Shown here piece by piece: positions 40,956-53,580 of a stretch of DNA of 64,000 bases (positions are counted from its first letter, which is position 1; each line of letters starts with the position of its first letter). The notes beneath the pieces are model-generated. The model had not been told where the DNA came from and made no database searches. It worked only from the letters and a program-made list of their open reading frames with translations. A program made the translations under genes and the position numbers. Source of the DNA: Eledone cirrhosa (Eukaryota); contig OZ024740.1 in the NCBI GenBank assembly GCA_964016885.1, positions 149,668,001-149,732,000 on the forward strand, read 5' to 3'.

Positions 40956-43900
40956 AGTGTCGTCTTTTCATGCAGACAAATAAATCGCAAAGATGAATAA
41001 CAAGGTGGCGACCATAATGTTATTAATTAGGACAACTACAAGTAAACTTTTCATTAATATTCAAACTGTGATGACATTTAAAAGAGCTGATAAGGGAAAT
41101 GTTTTAAACTATAACAGGAACACTGGGTTGTATGAATATAACAGGTCACTCGGTTGTATGTAACATGTTTATTTAACAAGGTTGAGCTATGTAGAGCAGA
41201 ATAGTTGTCATACCAAGAGAGATGAAAGGATGAGTTAAAGTTATTTGTTTACCGTTTTGAAGTCAGCCCGCAAGAGACCAAGAGGTATTTACATTACCAT
41301 GTTCAGGTTGCCAGAGAGTATAGCCTCAGCGAACGCGAGCCTGGCCGAAGGGCCAGGCAGGTTAAAAGAGAGGGAGATAGCTTTTAGCTATCCCCTTTAT
41401 AGGGTCCCAGGACGGAAGTGACAAAGAAGGTTCTGCCACCTCAACGGGAAGTAACTCCAGCTACTTCCTGTCTAGAGAGCGCTACTAGTGATGTGATCGT
41501 AATAAGGAAGGCAACTCTTGCTACAAAACCATAACAACATTCCATATATTCTCATGAAAAGTAGTAAGCCCTATCAAAGTCAGCACATTAGTAGCATCGA
41601 AATTTCTATAAGCTCTAAACATTCTGAGTGCACAAGCACCTCTTGTTACGTTTACCATTGATAATATAGTGAACACTTGATTTTTGCACTCAAACATACA
41701 ACCATGCATATAATATATATATGTTTAATACTTTTAAAGACAGATAGGTCTGTGTTTAGCATCTCCCAAGGGGTTGGTCTGCCGGGCGTAAACAACTAAC
41801 CACGGCTTGTCCCAGAGGCGGGAAAGCTCAGATTCGGTTTCGAATCTTCGCCGCCGTTATATAGTAATCAGATTCAGGGTTTAGCTCTAGTGACAAGGCA
41901 TGTAGTCCTAGTCGATCGCTGGACTTTGGTTTGCAGTTGAATAATAAATAGATGCTTGTATCAGTAGATATCTTCGTGTGTGGTTAAATACAATACCCAT
42001 TTCACGAATAACCATCAATAAATAAATTTAAAAATCAGATAATGGTAGAAAAAGAGAGAGACATACCCTAAACCCCTCTCTAGACGGTATATATCAGCTG
42101 TGACCAGTGGACAAGATGGCAAAAGCATTGCCGCAGAGAACAGCCAGTGACATCCACTGCATCAACCAATCCACCTCACAGAACCCTTCCTCGGGCGGGT
42201 GCATACTTATGAATTTGGCGAGGGAAAACAGCAGAACAGGAACCGATAACACCGATGGTTTCGACATCAACCAGAATGAAAATCAATCCCAGTATCTGGT
42301 TATCATCCTCCACTCTGCATTACGAGCAGCGGTGCCTAGGTTTGTGGCCGAAGTGGCAAGACTGTGAGGAGAACGTGCCGCACTACGAAACGTCACAGAT
42401 TAGATATATATCTCCCTCAAACGTTCATGTTGTCTTATATGGTTTTGGTTAATTTGCCATTATTTAGATGTTAAATTTTACGAACGAACAATATATATAT
42501 TGATGACTTTAAGCGACAATACTGTAATACAAAATAATTGTATCTACTTTAGGCACAAGACCAACAATTTTGGAGGAGGAAAAGTCGATCAGATCGACCA
42601 GTGCATTACTGGTGCTTTATTTTATCGACCCTGTAAGGATGAAAGTAAAGCTCACCATGACGGGATTTGAACTCAGAACGTAAAGAGCCATGACTCTATG
42701 CTTTGAAGCATGTTGTTCGACGCTTTACCGATTCAGCCAGACTGTAACAACACTGTGATGTCCAAAATATCTCACGTTTGCAACACTGGCACTGAAATAA
42801 CTTCCTAGTAGACTATTATATTTCGTTAAAAGAAAGTGGTATGCTTGTATGTCTACAATCATATAATCCAGCTGATAGTTTAATTGACTATAAAAGAACA
42901 GTTGAAGAATTCGAAATCTGGTAATAAATCATATCGAAAATGAATGAACAGTAACACAATATTCACATTAAGATGACAGTATATTATATCACAGCCTATG
43001 TGTTCTCTAGGAAAGAAAATGAGACATGTGCATTGTTGTAGAAATCGGACTAAAAATTGAGGTCATTGTTTCTGCATGTACATTCCTACTCACACATGTA
43101 TACATCATATACATTGTATATACTTTGTGACTCACAAGTAAAACATTTAAACGTTTGTATGTTAAATAGTTCAACGTTGGCTTACTTGTGAAAGACGTAC
43201 TATGTATATCGTATCAATATATGCGTGTATACACACACACGTACACACAAAAAACATATGTGTGTGTGAATATCTGTGTGTTTGTGTATCAGTGTGGAAG
43301 GTAGGTGTGTGAATGGATCTCAATTGTATATGAAGTGGGTGTGTCTATGTTTGTCCGTAATGGCGTGTGTTCATGCGTGTTGTGTATTTATGTATTTATT
43401 GAGTTGTATGTTGTAAAAGCTTTATATATGTGTGTGGAGCATGTATATATATATATATGTATATGTGTGTGTGTGTGTCCTGGTTTCATAATTTTATAAA
43501 TGTTTAACAATAGAGAGTCAGTTTCAAAAAGACACAATTCTTTTTCATCGAAATTTAGACATCAACTAGGTAGATATGTCTGCATCTCTGTGTGTGTGTG
43601 TAGGTATGGGTGTTGTTGTATGTGTGGATGCGGATGTTTTCAGTTATATGTGTGCATGTGCCTATGTTTTGTATCTGTACATGTGTACATGCAGTTATTA
43701 CAAGCAGAATGTTTGGAATGTTTTGCATACTTTTACTGTTTCGTTAATGGATGGTAATTATAATTTCCTAACTAGTCGTGTTCTTTCTGTTCCTATGAAG
43801 CCCAGCTTCTCGAGATTTGTACTGAGGCAGTTACTAACATATCCTCGTGCTCCAATAAATTTGAAGGTATAATCAGAGGGTGTATGTATGTAAGTATGAA

Positions 43901-43994
43901 TATATGCAAGTATGTACATATGCATTTACATACATTTACAAATACACACACATATATATAAGAGAGTGTTGAAGTTTGCTTGAAGTATTGTGGA

Positions 43995-44820
43995 ATAATA
44001 AAAATAGCAGTTCGGGAAGCCTCAACAATGCAGATGGGTAAACCTCCGAGTAACAGAATCAGGTGATAATGAGAGAGAGGTGTAAAAGGAAGCGTAGAAA
44101 CATACATAGAGAGCGTAAAGGAGCGTAAGAAAAGTGTAAAATATAATAATTGTTTCTACTTTTGGCACAAGGTCAGCAATCACCCAGTGCATTACTGGTA
44201 CTTTATTTTATCGACCCCATAAGGATGAAAGGCAAAGTTAACCTCGGCGGGATTTGAACTCAGAATGGCAAGGGCCGTAACTATGCGTCAAAGGAGATAG
44301 AGTTACTTTGGAAGTGATTTAATAATTCCTATATTTCGGATTTCGCATCCATCAACTGGGGGTTTTCCGACGGGAAAAAGTTATGTCGGAGAGGGACAAC
44401 ACGTAGCCTCCACTGTTTACCGTCTGTGTACAACTGAACTACTCTATCGGGTGCGTGTGCGCGCGGGATAGCTGCGGTCAGACAGAGTTCAAGGCAGTTC
44501 TGGTGGGGAAGTGTGTACGCATCTTCGCTGTTCAGCTGTACGCATACGATGTTGTCCCTCTCTGACATACTTTTTCCCCTCAGAAAATACCCAGTTGATG
44601 GATGCGAAATCTGAAATATAGGGGCTATTAAATCACTTCCAAGATAACTATCTCGTGTTATTATTTTTTACACTTTTCATACGTTCCTTTACGCTCTTTA
44701 CGTCTCTTTCTATGCTTCCTCTTACATCTCTCTCTCTCTCTCTCTCGTTACCACCTGATTCTGTTATCTGGAGATTTACCCATCTGCATTGTTGAGGCTC
44801 CCAAAACAACTGTTTTTTAC
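43995..44820. mobile_element. Fold-back element with ~260-bp diverged arms; left arm interrupted by a SINE (44148-44290)
   Basis: 44000-44148 plus 44293-44401 are the reverse complement of 44550-44818; ~150-bp GC-richer core. Confidence 0.8.
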
Positions 44821-44854
44821 ACATATATATAAATATATATACACACACACATTC

Positions 44855-44894
<40 letters not shown>

Positions 44895-47190
44895 TCATCA
44901 TCATCGTTTAACGTCCATCTTCCACGCTTGCATGGGTTTGGACGGGAATTTTCCCACTTGAGGCAAGATTGGTTGTCTGGCGGGTTTTCTACGGCTGGAT
45001 GCCTTTCCTAACACCAACCACGTTTACGGTGTGGACTGGGAGGTTTTTACCGTGTTACCTACACAGCTACATTACAGCGTGGACTGTGTTTTTTTGTCGT
45101 GACACCTACACGACCTCATTTGTTTCGGACTGGATGTTGTGGTACCAACATAACTTTACATTGAAAGGGGTGGGGGTAGTGGGACGGGGTTAGAGGTGCC
45201 TACTGACTGTAGGTTTCGCTTTTTACTTAGGCAAGGCGAGTCTTCTGTATTACTGTAGGTTTCGCTTTGTAATATATATATCATCATCATCATTTTACGT
45301 CCACTTTTCCCTGCTTCCAAGGGTGAGACGGGAACTGATTCTGGCTTGATTTCTACAGCTGGATGCCCTTCCTAACACCAACCTCATTTACAGTGAGTGC
45401 TGGGTGCTTTTTTGCCGTGGCACCTCCACGACCACTTTGCAGTGGAATGATATGGACCCCAGTCCCTATCATCTCATTTCTACAGCTGAGTAAACTGGAG
45501 CAATGTGAAATAAAGTGCCTTGCTCAAGGAAACAACACATCACCCGGTCTGAGAATTGAACTCACAACCTTTCGATTGCAAGGCCAATGCTCTAACCACT
45601 AAGCCATGTGCCTCCATTCATATATATATATAGGAAAAGAGTCAGGACCCCGACGGCTGAGCACCGGCCGTTTCGACAGCTAGATCTGAACTAACTGTTG
45701 AAACGACCGGAGATCAGCCATGGGGGTCCTGACCCTTTTCCTATTACCCAGTTTACTACCTTAAGTATCGAGTACTCTGGTGCGTTATAGTTCACCTGGT
45801 ATCTTACCACACTTTCTTATAAGTGGTCAGAAACTCTCAGGAGAGCTGGACAGCTGAAGGACTTCAGGGAAGAAATCCCACTCAATCTCCTCTCCTGCAC
45901 ACTCCCTTTTATGCCCAGTTTCTCTTAGTTCATTTACACTTCATCATTCATGATCCATTGGATCATGCAATCTTCATTTCTTTCTAATTTTTGTTAGTCC
46001 CCTGCACACAGCACCCAGGTCTCACTTCCAAGCAGCCTTGCTGTTCACATGCTAGCAGTGGTATTAATTCCCTGAACTTTCTCTATCCCAATCTCACTCT
46101 GGCTACTGTACTTTAGAAACAAGCACCTCCACTGCTAATTTGGTCAGCCAGGTAACAGAAGCTGTCAACTACTTCTATAGAAGCCTCTAAGATGTTGATG
46201 GAGCTTGTTTCTTGTAAACACTTGCTCCTTACACTATCCACATACAAAACCTATGTTCTTTGCTAGCCTTCCTGAGATCTCACTACATCTCTTGTGCACC
46301 CAGTTTGCATTTGAGTCAAAGAATGAAATTTCTACCCACTGAGCAAGGTCATTTCCCTGAAGGGTTTTGTTTTCCTCTCAACTGACTAGGACATTAGTCT
46401 TTTCCAAGTTGACTTTATATATATATATATATAATGTCAGACTCACTGATTAATATAATAAAATAATTGTGTTTAGCCAAACACAATTATATATGTATTT
46501 ATGTCTATGTAAAGGCAGTGAATTAACAGTTATTATAACATCAGATAGAATGTTTTGCCGTATGCTTTCCTGGTCTCTGTCCTCTGAATTCAAATCCTAC
46601 CAAGATTAACTTTGCCTTTCATCCTTTCTGGGATTGGTGCCAGTTCAATATTGGTACTGATTCTTCCTCACTATCATTGTCTCTCCTTCTCTGGAAGAAA
46701 TCAGCTGGAAAGGAGATGGGCACTGCCAAGTTTAAAAATGCCCAAGAAATGCCACATCACTACGGTACTCCTGTCTCCACCAGGAGTTTCCAGTTAAAAA
46801 GAAAAATAATGTCTGTGTGGGTGTGTGGATCACCTGTCAACCCTGATCCCAGACTTATGAACTGAGCCATTCCAGTTGTGACCATCTCATCATTTTATGG
46901 ATATCTAGGAATACATTACCTAATGTGTTCTTCCTTATTTAAAATGGCAGAGTGTGATTTGATGGCTTCTATTTCTACCAGGTCAAGCAACTACATAGAA
47001 TCTCCCTTGTTGACTCCTATGTATGTATTTATGAATATATACATTATATATAAAAACAAAGTGTGCATATATTTGAATGCGTATTTATGTAGATGTTATG
47101 TAGATCCTTATTCGTATAAAACTTTGTATAAGCTACTGTGCATGAAGTATTCAGACTGATTCTGTTTTCAAATAAATATATTTTCTATAG

Positions 47191-47258
47191 GTGACAAACC
47201 TTTCCTTGGTAAACGAACTACTCCTACTAGTGCATATGAATGGATAACTTATCAAGAG
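47191..47258 (+). CDS. ACSL: ACSL exon (RDKPFLGKRTTPTSAYEWITYQE)
   Basis: tag/gtaagc; phase 1 to 0; P.LG.R....Y.W.TY.E motif. Confidence 0.9.
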
Positions 47259-49123
47259 GTAAGCATTATTTTTTTTATCTTTCATGTAAGTATTTGCTCA
47301 AAATATCTACTTTTATATAATGGTATCATAGCTTAGAACTTTTATCCCATACAGAGATATGATGGAATATGAATTAAACAGAAGCATTTTAGCAGATTTC
47401 ATTGGTTGTGGGAAGAGAATTGGTTCTGTAATTTGCTCAGTGTTATTCAAAAATAGGTGTGAATTGGCAGTCATTAGAATGTCAGTTAGCATGCTTTGCG
47501 TTATTCATTCCAGTTGTCTGCTCTCTCAGTTCAAATCCCGCTGAGGTCAACTTTGCCTTGCATCAATTCGAGGTCAATAAACAATTCACCAGTCTAGTAT
47601 TGGTGTCGTTTCATCCTCATATTTCTTTCCTCTTCCTTTCTCTCACTCTCTATCCTTCTCTGGGAGAAATCTGTTGTACTCAGACCTGGTGAGGGGATTA
47701 GCTCCACCAGGTTTCAAAATGCCCTAAGAAATGCCATATGTCAATATAGCATCCTTCAGGAATTAAGGATCCATACTATACCATATTCAAAATTCTTTCA
47801 CATAATGGTTGAAAATACACTGGTTACTGCAGTTATTGGTGTTGCGAAATACATTGATCACCATGATTTTAAGGATTCAGGGCCTAATTAAAAACAAAAA
47901 TACAATATTTAAATGAGGTTTTGCACCAAACAAAACTCTCTCTCTCTTTATCTCTAACTGTTTTGCTTTTACTATCCAATCTTTTTTCTTTTGGCTTTTC
48001 CCAAAACATGTTGGTTGGTGTTCCCATGCCTTGATACATTTATTTTAGTTATGATATTTTGTCACATTCAGGTATGATTAATATCAAAGCTTACAAATTA
48101 ATTTCCAGTTAATAAATATAAGTGTATTACATATATATATATATACAATAGATCCATTGCCAGCTGGTGTTGTAAACTTGGGTGATTGAGGTTCCAAAGT
48201 TCACATTTGAACTTATTGATTTAATGGCCCCTACAACTGAGTTCCATAATCATCATCTTTGAATCTTTGATGTAGCAAGGACATTATCTGGGGGCCTCCC
48301 AATAGGTCTGACAAGCCAAGAGGTAGATCTCTGACGCCCTCTCCTTCAATGAACTGGGGATAATATAGAATTGAATGTGTTCTTAAGATAAAGTTTGAAG
48401 AGACAATCTTAGAGACCTCAGAAGGCATGTTTGAAAATATTTTTATTCTGCCTCACATCCTAGTTAAATGCCCAACCCCAGCTGAATAGAGGAATGATAA
48501 ACACACCTTTCAGTCATCACCAAATGCACCTAACTGCAATGGATCGGACCTCATCATTGAGCCTTATGAGACCCAAATAATTTAGCACTGAAAATCAAGG
48601 GATGAATATAGGAGAGGATACCCTCAGTTCATAAACTGAATAGGACTCTCCAATAGCACAAGACTGGCATCACCAACCAACAGAGACACCTTAAAGTTCT
48701 GAGGAGTAGACCATGAATTCTTTACAACAGACTCCATACAGAAGAATGCAATTAATTTTCTGATGTTTTCTAAAGTGAAAACTGGTCTTAAACAAATGTT
48801 TTAGGCCAGTGTAGATGTTTCCCTTCTCAATCAATTAAGGAATTCTGCATTAAACTGGGAAAGGAAAAACAGAAAAGAAAGGCAATAGACAACACGATTA
48901 AGGTCCAGTTTAATGAATTTGGCATTCACAGTTTTCATGAGGTTTGGGATTGTTATACTCTGTCTCGTGTTTCCTATTTTGCTTGTTTCTCTTTCTCTGT
49001 CTTTCTTTTTATTGCCACTCTGTTTCCTAATCTAATCAAACTGACTCTTCTTATTTCACATCCATCCATTACATTAATAAGATGAATGAGAGTTTCTTTT
49101 TCTATTTTTCCCATATCTTTTAG

Positions 49124-49225
49124 GCTTATGACAGAGCCCATGAAATTGGTAGTGGCTTATTGCAGTTGGGGGTGGCAGCTGGTGCAGAAGAAATCATCAC
49201 TATATACTGTAAAAACAGAATCGAG
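49124..49225 (+). CDS. ACSL: ACSL exon (AYDRAHEIGSGLLQLGVAAGAEEIITIYCKNRIE)
   Basis: tag/gtaatc; 102 nt; IGSGL...IY..NR.E motif. Confidence 0.92.
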
Positions 49226-50386
49226 GTAATCAGTTATTTTTGCTCTGATACAGGTTTTATGTCCATTATTAAACAATTGAGATGGTGAATTAGTAGAATT
49301 GTTATTGCATTTGACAATATGCTAGCAATATTTAGTTGCGTCCCATTACATTCTGAGTTCTGTAGGAGTAAACACTGCCTTTCATAATTTTGGTGTTGAT
49401 AAACTAAGTAGCAGTCAAGTACTAAACGCCATATGATCGACTATACTTTTCCATTGGGTGTTTATGCCCATGCTGGAAATCATTACACAAAACACAGATG
49501 TGCATGCAGATAAGATAGCTCTTTGCATCATGTAATCACCACTATGCTGTGTTTGTAGCCAATACAATTAACACTTAACTGGCTCCAGCTACTTGCTAAA
49601 AATCCATTCTGCATGGTATGGATTGCACACTGCTTTAAGCAGCAGCAAAGATGTGAAATTGATAAGTGATTCTTTTAGTTTACAGAGCCAAGTTAAATTA
49701 CCTTGGAGAAGACAATGGTTGGCCACTAGTGTATATTCTTCTATAGAACCATTACATGACAGCTAGTTCTTCAGTGGCACCTCACAAAGATGATTAAACA
49801 GTAATTTCTTGACGACAAAGTTGACTTGAGCCAGCCACCCATTATTGAAGCTAGCTTCTGTCTGTTTTACTTACTTTATAGCACTAATTGCTATTGATGC
49901 CAAGTTTTCAAAACAATAATCTCTAGTCATGTGTCTTTGTAAGAAATCAATAATTTGTTTGTGATAAATGCCATAAATTAGAGATCATTAGTTTGGGAAT
50001 ATATTTTGAATTAATTCTGTTGAAATTGAAAGAAAAAAATTATGTTATTAGCCTTTCTGTTATGTATCAAGTTCAATGAACGACCTGACATCTGCACTTA
50101 TGGCTAAAGAAAAGTGTCAGAAATATCACTCAGTACTTACCATTTTACAAGAAGGTGGGCTGTGGGATTGAAGGTTAATCATGATGAGAAGATGCAAACC
50201 TCCTGCAAATTTAGAGGGTCTACTAACCTATTTAATTTTTAAATAAATGTAATTTATATAGAAAAAGCAAAGAGAAAATAAAATCAGAAAGATGAAACAT
50301 AACACGCACACTCAATCACTTCATATTAAATACGGCCACTGGAGTGCTTTTCTAGTTTTATATATAAATGTTTTTATTTATATACA

Positions 50387-50871
50387 CTAGCAGAAAAACC
50401 ACCCTTCGGGTGGTTTTCTGCTAGCATGTGTAGAGTGTATATTGATATTATATGCAGGTATATATTCATGTAGATATGATACATCAAATAAAATCAAAAC
50501 TGACAATATATAATACATAGAAATTGAACAAAGACTGCGTTACACTGTCTTATTTAATCAGTAACATAATCCATGATACATTAAAAAAGGCGATATTATA
50601 TATAAACTGCATTAGGAGAAAATTAGTGACAGAAAATTAGTATGTTTATTTAAGCGATGGCCAACCGGAAGTGTTGACATTTCAGAAATTTTAAAGAAGT
50701 GAATCTTTAAATAAACAAAATATATTTAATCAACAGCCACGAAATTTAGTAGATAAATTATGTAATATTCATTCATTATTTATTCAAAGTAATCCAACTT
50801 ATTTTACTAATGGGATAAAAAAATTATAAACTGTATGCAGTCCCGCGCTCCTTACTTTATTATAGTTTAGA
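50387..50871 (-). mobile_element. Non-autonomous Helitron-like element; second copy at 61644-62285
   Basis: Minus-strand A|TC start and CTAG|T end with terminal hairpin; long shared internal sequence with the second copy. Confidence 0.75.
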
Positions 50872-52116
50872 TTCTATTGAAAAACAAATTCAGAATGGAT
50901 CTCAACAATGTTATGCACTGTGTCAATACGTTACTGAATGCTAAATAAAGAGTATAAATTTTGTTTAATAGGCTACAAATAAACAGTTTTATTCATTGCT
51001 TGTTCCATCAACAAATTTCTTGAAAAACACCAAGAAGAAGGTGTAATAGTATCATGTAATAATGTTTGAGGTCATAACTTCTTTCTAACAACACTGGGAG
51101 TAGATTGCAAGAAAAATAAACACTCTCAAATATAATTAAGACAACAGTAAAAACATTAGTAAATACAACAGCTTTTATCTTACTGGATCAATAAAATAGG
51201 TACCAGTAAAATAATGTGGTAAAATCTACTGAAATTTCCTCAAATATATGCTCTTTTGTTATTATTAGAAATTAATATTGCTATATATAAGGGATTGACA
51301 GAATTGGTAGAGTATCAGATAAAATGCCACAACAGTATTTGTTCTGGCTCTTCACATCATGAGTTCAAATCCTGTCATGGTCAACTTTGCCTTTCATCCT
51401 TCTGAAGTTGATAAAATAAAATACCAGTCATGTACTGGGACTAATGTAATTAACTTTTCTGTTCTCCCAATTTTGCTGGCCTTGTGCCTGAATTAGAAAT
51501 CAATATTGTTATATATAATTTTGTATTCATTACATTTAAATTTGTTGATTTTAAACGGATTAACTGACAATTAACCACTAAACTACACTAGACATCAACC
51601 AAAGTTGTTTTTAACAGAAATTGTATCTGTTAAAAGCAGGACGCTTTTTGTATCATAATCTACATTTATACTTGAGAAATTGTTTATCACTTCAAATATT
51701 GAAAATATTTACATGACTTGTGGCAGTAAATCTTCAATATTTTATACACTTTATTTATCTATTGTTTTTTAACAAGCAAATAAATGAATACAATAGTTTT
51801 AATTTAAGGCTTGTGACTTCTCCTCCCCCACTCTTTCTCACACTCCTACAAAATGCAGTTTAGTGTTTATGAGGTTAAAAAGTATCATGGTTCATGTCAC
51901 AAGACCCTATATTTATTTCAAAAGGGAAACAAAATTGTGCAACACTCATATCACAACCCAGTAATATTAGTAATCAAGTTGAATACATTTTATATTAAAT
52001 TAGAAGACAATGTTGTGTGATCTTTGGTTGTATTGCCTAGTAAATTATATAAGTTCATGATGTATATTATTTATGGTTTTACTACTTTATCTGATAACAT
52101 TTATTTCTTCTTTCAG

Positions 52117-52216
52117 TGGACACTCATTGACCTGGCATGTGCAATGTATACCGTGGCCCTTGCAGGATTGTATGATACATTGAGCGCTGAAGCTTCAGCC
52201 TATGTCATTAACCAAA
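52117..52216 (+). CDS. ACSL: ACSL exon (WTLIDLACAMYTVALAGLYDTLSAEASAYVINQ)
   Basis: cag acceptor; LYDTL motif; 100 nt, phase 0 to 1; atypical donor GTCTCT. Confidence 0.88.
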
Positions 52217-53580
52217 GTCTCTTCATATTATTCTATTCATATATTTATTTGAAATGTGTGCGTGTGTGTGTGTGTAATTGTGTCTGTTTGTGTACATGTG
52301 TGCGTAATTGTGTGCAAGTATGTGCATTTTTGTATATCTCTATGTCAGTAAATATGATTTACATGCTTCAAAGCATATCTTAAGAGTAGAATAGTATACA
52401 CAATCTCATCATGTGGCAATGTTTTATAGCTTGGCGCTCTTCCTAGCATTAACCTGGTTAGTTACCCCTTCCATGCATCCTGAAATTGGCCAACACTACA
52501 CCTGATATTCAACCTCTACACACATGCATGCATGTGTATGTTTGTCTGTGTGTATATCATACTCATACACTGTTCACTTTCCTGACATTTGTACATTATT
52601 CTATATAATATACATGCATCTTTGATGAGTTGCAGTGCACCTAAGTACTATACACAATAATTTTCATTATTTTAATTTTAAACCAGATACACACATATAT
52701 AATGTACCTATCTAGAAATATTTCAGAAATAATAATAACATCTTTCAAATAGGCCACTGAGAGTTCTTTTATGTGAGATCAATCTAAATGCTATATCTAA
52801 TTAAAAAATACAGGTGGCAAAGTTGATATACCAGCCAACTAAGTGTAACTCATATGCTATTACTGGAGTTGCATAGTGTACATGGCCAGGGTACTTAATT
52901 TTTTATGATAGAACCGACCTAGTTGTAAATTGTTGTTTAGCTCCAAGTTGGCCTCTACCAAGTAGACTTATAATCATTGACATTTGAGCCATGACCATCT
53001 CATCACATTTTCAGAAATGATACATTCTAATGCAATGTGACCTGTTCTTGAACAGTAGGGTGTGAGTTGAGAGAGATTTGACTGCTATTTCTTGTGTTGT
53101 GAAGATGATGAATGATTCTTGTTCTCGCAGCACCTATTTAAATCAGTTCTGCCTGTAAGATACCTGTGATTCAACAGCATCTTATCCAGATGGAAATTTG
53201 TTTCTCTGGTCCTTAATCTTATAGGAACTATATATAAGAACTTGGAACTTATGGTTCAGAAAAAAGATTAACTTTTTTTCTATTTCTAGTTATGGTGCAT
53301 GCCTAACAAAATATACTTTGACTTTTATTACTTTGTGTTGTTAATTTTCCACAATTATATTTATTCCTATCAAATGAGTCAATGCAATACCATTCCTGAT
53401 ACATAGATCTTTATTTCTGAAATGAAATAGAAAATAGAATTAATTGAATAAATTATAACTTACTTTTGATGAGTCAGTTATTATACATGACCTATTCACA
53501 TACATGCTGATTATATATCTGACTATCAAAATCACAGACATGAGTGTGTGTGTGCATGCATGAGGGTGCTTAACCAGTGT

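Noticed and set aside
40953-41525. Possible solo LTR (TGTAG...CTACA)
   Set aside because: No matching TSD, PBS or PPT found.
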